Positions 22,662-32,718 of a stretch of 64,000 nt of DNA are shown piece by piece; within the stretch, counting starts at the first letter, position 1; the number at the start of each line of letters is the position of its first letter. Position numbers and translations under genes: made by a program. The stretch comes from a bacterium. GTDB taxonomy: Bacteria; CLD3; SB21. The DNA lies in assembly GCA_013360215.1 (NCBI GenBank), contig JABWCP010000004.1:62001-126000 (forward strand). The letters run 5' to 3'. A model generated the notes under the pieces. The model saw only the letters and a list, made by a program, of their open reading frames with translations. It had not been told where the DNA came from and did no database searches.

Positions 22662-23561
22662 ATGAACCAAGAAATAACCATCAACGGCGTAGGCATTCAC
22701 AGTGGGAAACCAAACAGTGTTCTTATTCGCCCACATGATCATGGTGTACTTTTTAATGTTGAGGGAACGCCAATTCCTGCGCTTATCCAACATGTAAAAG
22801 ACACCCAACGCGCTACTACGATTTCTGTCGGCGGTCGTTCGTTACGTACCATAGAGCACCTCTGCTCAGCCATCTACGGATTAAACCTCTGCGGTGCTGA
22901 AATCACTGTAACCGGCGGTGAAATCCCCATCTTAGATGGAAGCGCAATGCCTTTTATCGAAGCACTCGCTGACACTCTTACTACTGAAAGCCAAAATGAA
23001 CCACTAACCATTGATCGTACCATCACTCATCGTAACCCTGACAACGGAGCGTTTATTCGAATCGAACCAAGCCAAGATTTTCATGTCACTTATACTCAGC
23101 GTTTTCAAAAACGCGCCATTGATACTTTTTCTTTTTTAAGTTCACCTAAAAATTACATCAAAGAAATCGCGTCAGCCCGTACATTTGCTTACGCGGGTGA
23201 ATTGCAATTGCTATATCGTAAGGGGTTTATTCGCGGTTTGGATCCTAATGCCGGTTTTATAATTTTGGATTCGGAACCCAATTGGGACTTGATGGAAGAA
23301 ATTATCGGTGATGATGCGCGCAGTGCGGTTCATGAAACGCCCTTTTATAAGATATTATCAAAAATTCCTCCGCGCTATCCCAACGAGGCCACGCGTCATA
23401 AAGTGCTCGATATTTTAGGTGATTTTTCACTTCTCGGTATGCCTATCAAAGGTTTGATAACCGCGGATGGTACTGGTCATTCAGAAAATATAGCTCTCGT
23501 ACAAAAAATCGCAGAAACCTACGGATTGATTCATTTTGACCCGCTTGGGGATGACGAATAA
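22662..23561 (+). CDS. lpxC: UDP-3-O-acyl-N-acetylglucosamine deacetylase LpxC (divergent, stand-alone)
   Basis: GVGIHSG, TIEHL, EIPILDGSA, EIASARTF, RHKVLDILGD, GH; start moved to MNQEIT. Confidence 0.82.
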   Translation: MNQEITINGVGIHSGKPNSVLIRPHDHGVLFNVEGTPIPALIQHVKDTQRATTISVGGRSLRTIEHLCSAIYGLNLCGAEITVTGGEIPILDGSAMPFIEALADTLTTESQNEPLTIDRTITHRNPDNGAFIRIEPSQDFHVTYTQRFQKRAIDTFSFLSSPKNYIKEIASARTFAYAGELQLLYRKGFIRGLDPNAGFIILDSEPNWDLMEEIIGDDARSAVHETPFYKILSKIPPRYPNEATRHKVLDILGDFSLLGMPIKGLITADGTGHSENIALVQKIAETYGLIHFDPLGDDE

Positions 23562-23570
23562 TTTTTGAAT

Positions 23571-23601
23571 AAAAAAGCCGACGCAAAATACGTCGGCTTT
23601 T
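23571..23601. terminator. Bidirectional intrinsic terminator
   Basis: AAAAAAGCCGACG-caaaata-CGTCGGCTTTT between convergent genes. Confidence 0.85.
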
Positions 23602-23627
23602 AAATTAACATGATACCGGAGAGGATT

Positions 23628-25088
23628 TTATAATTTTAACAGACTAAACATACAACCTTCGATGTCTTGTTTTAAGTCTTCGTGATTTTCCGGATAATAA
23701 TATCCTTCACACATACCTGTAAAAACATAGACCATAGTAATGTCACCATTGGTGATCGTACCACCGCCGGTTTTATTTTGTAAATCAAAGACAAATGAGC
23801 CTGTGGATGATAAAGCTGCATCGGTTTTGGTGATGGTAAATGTCAGTGTCACACTGGAACCGTCACGAATCAGAGTAAACTGAGAGGTCGAACCGTCACT
23901 TTCTGTGATCGTACCCGTGGTTTCAAAATTATAACGTTTTCCTGTTACCGTTGCATTGAGTGTTCTTCCCCGGCTATCCGAACCCGTAATAGTATACGAT
24001 AAACCTTCCGGCGTACCATTGCCGGTAGGCACTGAAGTTCGCGTGATAGTCAATACTGTAGAATATGTCGTACCGTCAAGGAAGTAGAATGTTGACGAAT
24101 CGGTTGATACCGCTCCACTCATGATTACTTTTGTGATTTTACGATAAAGGCTATCGCCGGCCGGGAAATCTGTCTGAATCTGGATAGTTCCACTCTTAGA
24201 AAGATTGCTGCTATCGGCCGTGATATTCATCGTTGAAACCGAATACCGGTGTGTTCCGTCACGAAGTGTTATATCCATAGTTCCGCTCAGCGTTCGCTCG
24301 CCCGTTGTAGCATTGACAGTACGGGTATATGTTATCTCGGATGTACTTGATGATGCATCGGTATAATTAGTGGTGGTTTCCTTATGGGAGGTGCCTCCAA
24401 CCGGATCAATAGAAATACTCATAACTCGATTGGATATGCCTGATACCGTCGCAAAACCGGTAGTTGTAGCAGAATAACTCAGTTTTCTGTCGGCAAACTT
24501 AACACGTCCGACGTTACGAATTATTGTCCCGCTCGTAATCTGTGTAAACCCGGGGTAATCTTCATACGTTTTGATAATCGTAGAATCCTTAAAACTTGAT
24601 GTCATCACAGTATTCTGAGTAATGATCACATTTGGATCGTATGTAAATGTCGCGCGATAAAATTTCTTTTCAACACGACTACTGCTCGGGAAATTTTTAG
24701 TTGATACATCAATACTTGTCAACCGTAGTGTTGTCGGATCAAACACACGTATGATCGTAGCTTGCGTGCCATCCGGATAATTACGTGTGATGGTATCACG
24801 ACCCACAAATGTAAATGACGAAGAACTTTTCATGAGATGTTCGTCAGATATATCTTTAATTATTGCACTCGCTGTATAGTCGGATTCATCACCGGCGCCG
24901 TTATACCCATTTTCGGAAGTTATTTCCTCATTGTCCGAAAACTCGTCATCCACTTGACTGACCAACGCTGTTGTTTTCACCGCCGCTTCAACAACCTCTT
25001 TTTGGTCATCGGTTAGTGTGCCATCACTTTTTTCTTTTTCACACGCAATCATAAAAACCAATAGCAGCAATATCCATAATCGTTTCAT
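23628..25088 (-). CDS. Hypothetical Thr/Ser-rich lipoprotein
   Basis: Signal peptide II (MKRLWILLLLVFMIAC); beta-strand-like pattern with recurrent xDGT/S turns. Confidence 0.8.
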   Translation of the reverse strand: MKRLWILLLLVFMIACEKEKSDGTLTDDQKEVVEAAVKTTALVSQVDDEFSDNEEITSENGYNGAGDESDYTASAIIKDISDEHLMKSSSSFTFVGRDTITRNYPDGTQATIIRVFDPTTLRLTSIDVSTKNFPSSSRVEKKFYRATFTYDPNVIITQNTVMTSSFKDSTIIKTYEDYPGFTQITSGTIIRNVGRVKFADRKLSYSATTTGFATVSGISNRVMSISIDPVGGTSHKETTTNYTDASSSTSEITYTRTVNATTGERTLSGTMDITLRDGTHRYSVSTMNITADSSNLSKSGTIQIQTDFPAGDSLYRKITKVIMSGAVSTDSSTFYFLDGTTYSTVLTITRTSVPTGNGTPEGLSYTITGSDSRGRTLNATVTGKRYNFETTGTITESDGSTSQFTLIRDGSSVTLTFTITKTDAALSSTGSFVFDLQNKTGGGTITNGDITMVYVFTGMCEGYYYPENHEDLKQDIEGCMFSLLKL

Positions 25089-25356
25089 ACTTTAGAAAAC
25101 TCCTTATTTATTTAAATACTGTTTTAATTGGTCGCTAATAATTACCTACACGTTTATGCAGGCTTTGTGCCAATCTATAAAAAACTGTTATTATTTAGTT
25201 TAACTTTCAAAAATGATTTTCAAAAATCTACTTTGACGGATTTATTGCCATGTTATTTTGACGCTTTGTAACAATTTTAACCACACATATAGTAATGTTT
25301 ATTCTTGTATTTTCTTTGATGAACCTTTAGCTTTCTAAAAAAAGTAGTCCCAGCTT

Positions 25357-26889
25357 ATGCAAAACGATCTCGAAGTTTACATACAAGCGCGCTACCCTTT
25401 GATTTATTTGGTTTCATGGGAGGAAGAGCGCATTCTCAAAACGCTCGATCAGATCGCTATTCATCTTCGGAAAATGCTTTTTGTCTGGACGCAAACACAG
25501 GGCTTGTATAATTATGTGTTGCCAGACCATTTGGACGAATCCAAATCCGATCCCGAAGTGTTGCTTAACCATATTGCAGCTTCTCAAGATAACGGCATTT
25601 TTGTTTTGTTTGATTTTCACGCGTTTATCGAAAATCACCGTATTCGGCGCCAATTGCGCGATCTTTCCAAATTACTTCGTAAAAGCAATAAAACGATTAT
25701 TATCGTCGCACCGCAAATGACGATCCCTCTCGAACTATCCAAAGATATCGCGGTTATGGATTTTGATCTACCGGGTTTAGCGGAGCTCAATATCGCTTTT
25801 CAAAATGCACTCAAAGTTCTCAATAAGCGCCGTGATGTGGTTCTGGAGTTGACACCGCAGATTTCTGAAAAACTATTGAAAGCCGCACAAGGGTTAACCT
25901 TGGTAGAATTTGAAAATGTACTGGCTAAATCGGTAGTGCACAGCAAAGCGATCAACGCACATACGATCCAAGAAGTATTAGAAGAGAAAAAGCAGATCAT
26001 TAGGAAATCAAGCACCCTAGAATATTTTTCTCCGGATGAAAATTTTGAACAAGTCGGCGGACTTGAAAATCTCAAACAATGGCTTACTAAACGCGCGGAG
26101 GCTTTTACTGAACGCGCCGCTCAATTCGGATTGCCTACACCGAAGGGACTTTTATTGGTTGGTACCCAAGGTTGCGGAAAAAGCCTCACGGCTAAAGCTG
26201 TAGCAGCACATTGGAATCTGCCGTTGCTCAAACTGGATGTAGGCAGTGTTTTTAGCGGTATTGTCGGATCGTCTGAAGCCAATATGCGTCATGCCATCAA
26301 AGTAGCCGAATCCATCAGTCCTTGTATTTTGTGGATTGACGAACTCGAAAAAGGGTTTTCAGGTATGGCAAGTTCCAATTTTTCTGATGGCGGCACAGCC
26401 GCGAGAGTATTCGGTTCATTTACCACCTGGCTTCAGGAAAAAAAGAAACCTGTTTTTGTAATTGCTACATCCAACGATATAACTCTTCTTCCTCCGGAAA
26501 TACTTCGTAAAGGTCGTTTTGATGAAATCTTTTTTGTGGATTTGCCGGAACAAGTAGAGAGGGAAGCTATTTTTACTATTCATCTTCAGAAGCGCCACCG
26601 TACTACGGATTCGTTTGACGTCGTAAAGCTAGCCTTGTTGTCCGAAGGATATAGCGGTGCCGAGATCGAACAGGCTATCATTGCCGGTTTGTACGATGCT
26701 TTTGAGGCCGGACGTGAATTGACAACCGACGATATTTCAAATAACCTGCGTGCCACGGTGCCGCTCTCGCGTGTCATGGCCGAACAGATTTCGGCATTAC
26801 GCCAATGGGCTGAAAAACGTGCCCGTAAAGCTTCGCGAAATCGCAGTGCAGGAACAGGCATTGACCTGGATCGCTTTAGTGTCAACTAA
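25357..26889 (+). CDS. Ycf46-family AAA+ ATPase
   Basis: ARYPLIY..S.EEER N-terminus; Walker A GTQGCGKS; Walker [21 protein letters not shown]. Confidence 0.9.
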   Translation: MQNDLEVYIQARYPLIYLVSWEEERILKTLDQIAIHLRKMLFVWTQTQGLYNYVLPDHLDESKSDPEVLLNHIAASQDNGIFVLFDFHAFIENHRIRRQLRDLSKLLRKSNKTIIIVAPQMTIPLELSKDIAVMDFDLPGLAELNIAFQNALKVLNKRRDVVLELTPQISEKLLKAAQGLTLVEFENVLAKSVVHSKAINAHTIQEVLEEKKQIIRKSSTLEYFSPDENFEQVGGLENLKQWLTKRAEAFTERAAQFGLPTPKGLLLVGTQGCGKSLTAKAVAAHWNLPLLKLDVGSVFSGIVGSSEANMRHAIKVAESISPCILWIDELEKGFSGMASSNFSDGGTAARVFGSFTTWLQEKKKPVFVIATSNDITLLPPEILRKGRFDEIFFVDLPEQVEREAIFTIHLQKRHRTTDSFDVVKLALLSEGYSGAEIEQAIIAGLYDAFEAGRELTTDDISNNLRATVPLSRVMAEQISALRQWAEKRARKASRNRSAGTGIDLDRFSVN

Positions 26890-26916
26890 CTATATTTTAT
26901 TTATCCCGGTAATATC

Positions 26917-27360
26917 ATGATTATTGAAACATTATCTGAATTTTTTGAACGCGATTTGCTGAAGCTCAAAGAAGAACTCGCAAGTTACAGCGATGAAACA
27001 GCTATCTGGAAGATCGAAGGCGATATCCGAAATACGGCCGGGAATCTTGCACTGCATTTGGTCGGTAACATCAATCATTTCATTGGTGCCGTACTCGGAA
27101 AAACAGGATACATTCGCGAAAGGGAACGTGAATTTTCTGATTCCGGTGTTCCACGCATTAAGCTAATACAGGACATAGATGCAACGATTGTGATGGTGAA
27201 GACAACTCTTTCCCGCATGGATGACTCCGCACTGTATCAAAATTATCCGATCGAGAAGCATGGCAAAACAGTAACCGTCGAACACATGCTCTTGCACCTG
27301 CTTGCACATTTAAACTACCATATCGGACAAGTAAACTATCATCGTCGCCTCATCGGTTAA
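26917..27360 (+). CDS. DinB/YfiT-superfamily protein (DUF1572-like)
   Basis: NTAGNLALHLVGN, REREF, HLNYHIGQVNY His motifs. Confidence 0.85.
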   Translation: MIIETLSEFFERDLLKLKEELASYSDETAIWKIEGDIRNTAGNLALHLVGNINHFIGAVLGKTGYIREREREFSDSGVPRIKLIQDIDATIVMVKTTLSRMDDSALYQNYPIEKHGKTVTVEHMLLHLLAHLNYHIGQVNYHRRLIG

Positions 27361-27725
27361 CATTGCTTCATAGCTTACCCGCCTCAATTGTGAAAAAACC
27401 TAACAACGGTTTTGATGTTTTATAGTGGTATGGAAGAAATCAAAATCTCATTAGAATGATTTAACTACTCCGTTATGGAACTTCACATTATTAAACGCGT
27501 AACAGTAGAGTCAACGATCTTATGATTGTCAACAAATGAAATGGCTTGCGTTGGCTTTCTAACAAGTAATGGTTTTTAACTCCGCACAAAATTTATATTT
27601 TTTCGCTTCATACATTATCACCGGCGCACACAGAATCTTAAATATCAGAATTTTTATACACAGTAAACATTCTAATAGGTTTTCATGTTTTACATGTTCT
27701 TGACACCATTACAGGAATCTGAACG

Positions 27726-28547
27726 ATGAAAGAGATGCGAACAGGGCAATTTTTCGGTGATACCGATAAAATTATGCATCTGGACGGTATTACGCTTACC
27801 AAAACGGTTTATACCCATGATTATGTAGATTGGCATTACCATCAAAATGCTTATTTCACATTTCTTCTTCGCGGCGGTCTGATCGAAACCGATCGAAAAA
27901 AAACCGTACGGTGTGCTCCCGGTGACTTATTGTTTCATTATTGGCAAGAGTCACACTGTAATATTAAACCTCCAGAATTCACTCAAGGATTCCATATCGA
28001 AATCGAGCAGTCTTGGTTTGACAATCTGGAATTGGATCGTCGCATGTTTGAAGGAAGTTTTCAGATTACCGATCCTGCAGTTCGTATCGCATTCTATTCT
28101 ATGGCGCGCGAACTCAGTTGCCCGGATACGGCTTCTGTGGTTTCTATAGAAGATGCGCTTTGCCGCGCTCTTCTGCATGTATCTAAAACTACGGCTTCTC
28201 AGTCAAATAAGCCTTTGTGGGTAGCGCAAATACGAGATGTTTTGCATGCCCGCCCATTTGACACGCATACATTGATTGAACTGGCCACGACTCTGCATAT
28301 ACACCCGGTACATTTATCGCGCGCCTTCACTCAATATTTCGGTGTTCCGTTGGGTACATATATTCGACAAATACGTCTGCAAAAATCTATTGAGCAGATG
28401 TATGATCCTTCTTTGTCACTTACTAATATTGCGTTGCAATGCGGCTTTTCTGACCAAAGCCACTTCGTTCGTTGTTTCAAAGCAGTTACCGGAATAACGC
28501 CGTTTCGCTATCGCCGAGAGTTGTGCAAGATCAATGAACCATGTTAA
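27726..28547 (+). CDS. AraC-family transcriptional regulator
   Basis: Cupin-like WHYH N-terminus; HPVHLSRAF; CGFSDQSHFVRCFK HTH. Confidence 0.93.
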   Translation: MKEMRTGQFFGDTDKIMHLDGITLTKTVYTHDYVDWHYHQNAYFTFLLRGGLIETDRKKTVRCAPGDLLFHYWQESHCNIKPPEFTQGFHIEIEQSWFDNLELDRRMFEGSFQITDPAVRIAFYSMARELSCPDTASVVSIEDALCRALLHVSKTTASQSNKPLWVAQIRDVLHARPFDTHTLIELATTLHIHPVHLSRAFTQYFGVPLGTYIRQIRLQKSIEQMYDPSLSLTNIALQCGFSDQSHFVRCFKAVTGITPFRYRRELCKINEPC

Positions 28548-28618
28548 ATACGTTCTATTTCCAAGCCTCCGTACGTGTTATATTATGATAACACTAAAAT
28601 AAAACATAGAGGGGCAGT

Positions 28619-29734
28619 ATGAAAATTTTCGTAATTCTATGCATGGTCCTTTGTACGAGTATTCCTTTGGTTTCTCAGATTCCTATAGATCGTCACGACG
28701 GTATCAAAGTTTCCGACGCTTCTTCGATGCATATACTACCAAGTACTTTGCTCAAGTTGGATAGCGCTGCAAGTCAGGGTGTTTTAAAAAACATTACGAG
28801 TATTTTGATCGCACGCAATGGAACGCTTGTTTTTGAAAAGTATTATAACGGCGCCGACGAAGCTACGCTTCACAATACACGCAGCGCTACCAAAACTATC
28901 ACAGCAATACTTACCGGTTTAGCGATAGATCAACAGTTTATTCCTTCGGAAAAAACACCTGTATTTCCGTATTTCAGGGACAAAAAGGAAATTCGGAATC
29001 CCGATCCGCGTAAAAATCAAATTACCATAGAAGATTTGCTTACCATGAGCTCTTTGCTCGAATGCGATGACGATAATCAGTTCTCGAACGGAAACGAAGA
29101 GCGCATGTATCTTATTGAGGATTACGTTCAGTTCGCCCTGGATTTGCCGATTCGGGGGTTTGCTGCATGGAATCCCAAACCTCAGGATTCGCCTTACGGA
29201 CGAAGCTTTAGTTATTGTACAGCCGGTGTAGTTTTGCTTGGAGGTGTATTGGAACGTAGCTCCAATATGCGTGTTGACGCATTTGCAAAAAAATATTTGT
29301 TCGATCCGTTGGGAATTCAGCAAACTGCATGGCAAATCACACCTATGGGAATGCCAATGACAGGCGGTGGGCTTGGTTTACGAAGCCGCGACTTACTCAA
29401 AATCGCTCAACTGTATGAAAACAAAGGTATATGGAACGGGAAGCGTATCATTTCGGAATCGTGGATAGAAAAATCCACAAAACCCCATGCTCAGGCTCGT
29501 GAAAACACCGATTATGGTTATTTATGCTGGTTACAAAAATTTGGCGCTAATGACAAAACCTACTTTGGGTATTATATGGCCGGTAACGGTGGAAGTAAAA
29601 TCGCCGTGTTTCCCGAGCTACATCTCACAGTTGTAATCACAAGTACGTGGTACGGTACTGGAAAAGCACATGCACAAAGCGAAAAAATTTTATCTGACTA
29701 TATTATTCCAGCGGTGCAACTTGAATCGAAATAA
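28619..29734 (+). CDS. Exported serine hydrolase, beta-lactamase class C-like
   Basis: Signal peptide; SxxK (RSATK); LLTMSS; FSYCT; LFDPLGI; YGYLCW. Confidence 0.88.
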   Translation: MKIFVILCMVLCTSIPLVSQIPIDRHDGIKVSDASSMHILPSTLLKLDSAASQGVLKNITSILIARNGTLVFEKYYNGADEATLHNTRSATKTITAILTGLAIDQQFIPSEKTPVFPYFRDKKEIRNPDPRKNQITIEDLLTMSSLLECDDDNQFSNGNEERMYLIEDYVQFALDLPIRGFAAWNPKPQDSPYGRSFSYCTAGVVLLGGVLERSSNMRVDAFAKKYLFDPLGIQQTAWQITPMGMPMTGGGLGLRSRDLLKIAQLYENKGIWNGKRIISESWIEKSTKPHAQARENTDYGYLCWLQKFGANDKTYFGYYMAGNGGSKIAVFPELHLTVVITSTWYGTGKAHAQSEKILSDYIIPAVQLESK

Positions 29735-30434
29735 ATTTTATCTATTCTTAATTTTATTTTTTTTAGAATCTTGCTCCACCGGCTTTCCGGAAATACCACC
29801 GGGTGTGACACACAAATTTCATGCAACTGATTTTCCTGATTCTTTTGTACTGCTTACAGTTCCTAATAAATACGAATCAAAACGCCCGACCCCAGTGCTT
29901 ATTGCTTTGCATGGCTCAGGAGATAGAGCAGAAGCTTTTCATGACTTTTGGAAGAAATCAGCGGATTCTCTTGGTCTCATCCTAGTAACGCCGCAAGGAT
30001 TAGAAAAAATGAATATGGGTTTTGGGTGGAATCGCAATAAGGCTACCGAGCGTTATATCAAAAATGTTTTAGTTGACGTACGAAAACGTATTCAGATAGA
30101 TTCCACACAAATTTATTTTGCCGGTTTTTCATCCGGAGGATCGCTGGCGGCTTATCTGACCTTAAAGAAGATAATACCCAATCGAGGGGCGATTTTATTT
30201 GGAGCCTCTTTGGATACGCGTTCCCTTTTACTTAACTCAGGTGAAAAATATCGGTTTTATATCGGACATGGAACGTTAGAACAAAATTATCCACATATTA
30301 GTTCTGTAGCGGATACATTAGCCCAATCCGGCCATAGTGTTCGTTTTGTTCCTTACCCAAACATAGGTCACACGATACCTGAACCGAAACACAAAGAATT
30401 ACTCAATGCGCTTAGGTGGATTTTAGAAAAGTAA
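29721..30434 (+). CDS. Alpha/beta-hydrolase (esterase/phospholipase-like), possible lipoprotein
   Basis: ALHGSG, GFSSGG nucleophile elbow, C-terminal GH; likely TTG start before signal FYLFLILFFLESC. Confidence 0.78.
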   Translation: MNRNKFYLFLILFFLESCSTGFPEIPPGVTHKFHATDFPDSFVLLTVPNKYESKRPTPVLIALHGSGDRAEAFHDFWKKSADSLGLILVTPQGLEKMNMGFGWNRNKATERYIKNVLVDVRKRIQIDSTQIYFAGFSSGGSLAAYLTLKKIIPNRGAILFGASLDTRSLLLNSGEKYRFYIGHGTLEQNYPHISSVADTLAQSGHSVRFVPYPNIGHTIPEPKHKELLNALRWILEK

Positions 30435-30610
30435 AAGACACATTAGGTATTTCTTAATACCGAACAAATTAGCCCCGCGTGATATCGCGGAGCTTCATGG
30501 AGACTAGTGGAAATATATTATTTCTTCTGTTATTTCTAAAAGAATTATGTTTTAGATTGTTACACTTATTACTTAAAATCATTCACACAATAAAAAACTT
30601 GCAGTCGATT

Positions 30611-31528
30611 TCACCACTTTTGAATGTACGTGCGGGGGATATAGCCTTTTTTGGCTAAGCGGGGGAGTTCTTTTTTGAGGACTTGGTAGGTTGCAGATGA
30701 ATATTCGCAGACGATAAAAGCCCGGTTCGCCGCTTTTTCAAGGTTTTCGTATAAAGCTTGGGTAAGTCTTTCCTGATCACCGCCTTTTTCATCAAAATAA
30801 TAAATATATTTTGACCACGGCATATAGGTCATCACAGATTTGCCCGTTCGTTCTGCTTCATGGGCTATGATTTTATAGTTGGATTCCGTTTTAGGTACAA
30901 GAATGGCAAAACTTTCAGGCAATTCAACAAATGAACGCGTCAGATCGTCAAAATTCTTTCCAAAACCTGTCACCACAAAAAACACTTCTTTGCCCATAGG
31001 CCGTAATCTGGGATTTACAGTAAATTCAAGGCGACTGTATATCAGATTACGACGACCGATATCCATCGTAAAGTCACTGGCGCCGGCCTGACGGTTGAGT
31101 TTTTCACTGACACTAAAGATATCCCAATCCCGCTGCTCGGATAGAACATTCATATCGAGCACAAAAAGCGTATTTGGAAAATTCTTTGGAAGCTGTATGA
31201 CTTTACGGATATAGTTGACGTTTTCCAGTTGAATGCGTTCGCTTTTGATAAAACCAGGTTGGATATCAAATTCATGAGTCAGGAGCGAATCAATGGCCTC
31301 ATCAAAAGGTACATACCGATTGAGTTGTTCCAAACTGACGCCAATCGTAAGTCGTCGCGGTTCAGGAATAACCTGTTCAGCTACAGGTTCTTCTTTGATA
31401 TAAGCAAAAGGATCTTCTTGTTTAGAAACACGTGTGATTGAAATAATGAGGTGAACCGTAAGCAAAACCAATGTAAGCGCACCAAGCGCTTTCACTATAA
31501 ATTTCTTATTTTTTAACCATTCATTCAT
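30611..31528 (-). CDS. Membrane-anchored hypothetical protein with a degenerate YibQ/divergent polysaccharide deacetylase-like C-terminus
   Basis: Single N-terminal TM; segment FFVVTGFG...LPESFAILVP...AERTGKSVMTYMPW resembles the YibQ fold start. Confidence 0.55.
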   Translation of the reverse strand: MNEWLKNKKFIVKALGALTLVLLTVHLIISITRVSKQEDPFAYIKEEPVAEQVIPEPRRLTIGVSLEQLNRYVPFDEAIDSLLTHEFDIQPGFIKSERIQLENVNYIRKVIQLPKNFPNTLFVLDMNVLSEQRDWDIFSVSEKLNRQAGASDFTMDIGRRNLIYSRLEFTVNPRLRPMGKEVFFVVTGFGKNFDDLTRSFVELPESFAILVPKTESNYKIIAHEAERTGKSVMTYMPWSKYIYYFDEKGGDQERLTQALYENLEKAANRAFIVCEYSSATYQVLKKELPRLAKKGYIPRTYIQKW

Positions 31529-32718
31529 AATTTAGCATGTTCGTCTTTGGCAAATTCGAATATCCACTGCAAAAGCAGGTTATATTTTTCACCCAACGTC
31601 ACTTTGCGCCTTGCCATTACAGTATTTGCGACCTGCATCGCTTTATCCATTTTATACAATGTTATTTTCGGCGAATCTACCCACGCATAAGATGGTATAA
31701 CTTTGGGGGGGAATCCTCCACCGAAAACATTGCTGCACACACCGACTACCGTACCGGTGTTGAACATCGTATTGATCCCGCTTTTGGAATGATCTCCCAT
31801 CGTCAAGCCTACAAATAAAGAACCGGTATTAATTTCTGCTCCATTGATCGTAATGGATACCGGGCCATAATTGTTTTTTAAGTCACTCGTATTCGTATCG
31901 GCGCCAAGATTGCACCATTCTCCGATATACGAATGCCCCAGAAAACCATCATGCTGTTTATTGCTATAACCTTGTATGATCGAGCCTTCAACTTCGCCCC
32001 CGACTTTACAAACAGGGCCAATGGATGTACTGCCGTAAATTTTTGCACCGATTTTTATCACACTATGGTCTCCGATATAGCACGGACCTTCAATGACAGC
32101 ATTAGGCATCACTTGAACATGGCTGCCGATCATAATAGGGCCGTGCTCAGCATCTAACACAACGCCTGGTTTTATAGATGACCCTTCGCCGATCGTGATC
32201 GCATCAGCATTTACCAAATGCGCACCCGCATAAATCGTTGCTCGTGTATGACCCGGTTTGTTTCGATCAAAATCTTCACGAAGGCCTTCTGCATTATATT
32301 TCATCAAATCCCATGGATATTTTATCATCCGGGCATCGGCATCCAATTTTACCGATTTCACACTATTCCAAAAACCAACTATAACACCTTGGTTTATAAA
32401 CTCTCCTCCGCTGTGCTCTGACATTTGTTGCATCAAAGCATCGTTCATAAGCACACGCCCGTTGATAAACAAACATTCCCCGGAAATTTTATGATTGATT
32501 CGGCGATCAGGATGTTGCTCATGATACACCGAAGCCAGCAGCGGCCGGCATTGATAAAAAATTTCTGCTTCCGGGAAATATCTTGCAATGCGCTCGGCAA
32601 GAGTTGAAGCGCCGCAACGTAATTCGAATACCGGCCGTGTCAGTGTGAGCGGATATAAATTTACGTAGTGGTCGTCTTCGTATATGCAGATTTGCATTGT
32701 TTTCTTTAAACTATTCAT
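31525..32718 (-). CDS. GlmU-related putative sugar nucleotidyltransferase with hexapeptide repeats
   Basis: LYPLTLTRPVFELRCG; KVGGEV, SNKQHDGFLGHSYIGEWCNLGADTNTSDLKNNY. Confidence 0.88.
   Translation of the reverse strand: MNSLKKTMQICIYEDDHYVNLYPLTLTRPVFELRCGASTLAERIARYFPEAEIFYQCRPLLASVYHEQHPDRRINHKISGECLFINGRVLMNDALMQQMSEHSGGEFINQGVIVGFWNSVKSVKLDADARMIKYPWDLMKYNAEGLREDFDRNKPGHTRATIYAGAHLVNADAITIGEGSSIKPGVVLDAEHGPIMIGSHVQVMPNAVIEGPCYIGDHSVIKIGAKIYGSTSIGPVCKVGGEVEGSIIQGYSNKQHDGFLGHSYIGEWCNLGADTNTSDLKNNYGPVSITINGAEINTGSLFVGLTMGDHSKSGINTMFNTGTVVGVCSNVFGGGFPPKVIPSYAWVDSPKITLYKMDKAMQVANTVMARRKVTLGEKYNLLLQWIFEFAKDEHAKL

Noticed and set aside
30471-30494. GC hairpin as an IS200/IS605 end or REP element
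   Set aside because: No transposase and no second copy seen in the window; a terminator between convergent genes is simpler
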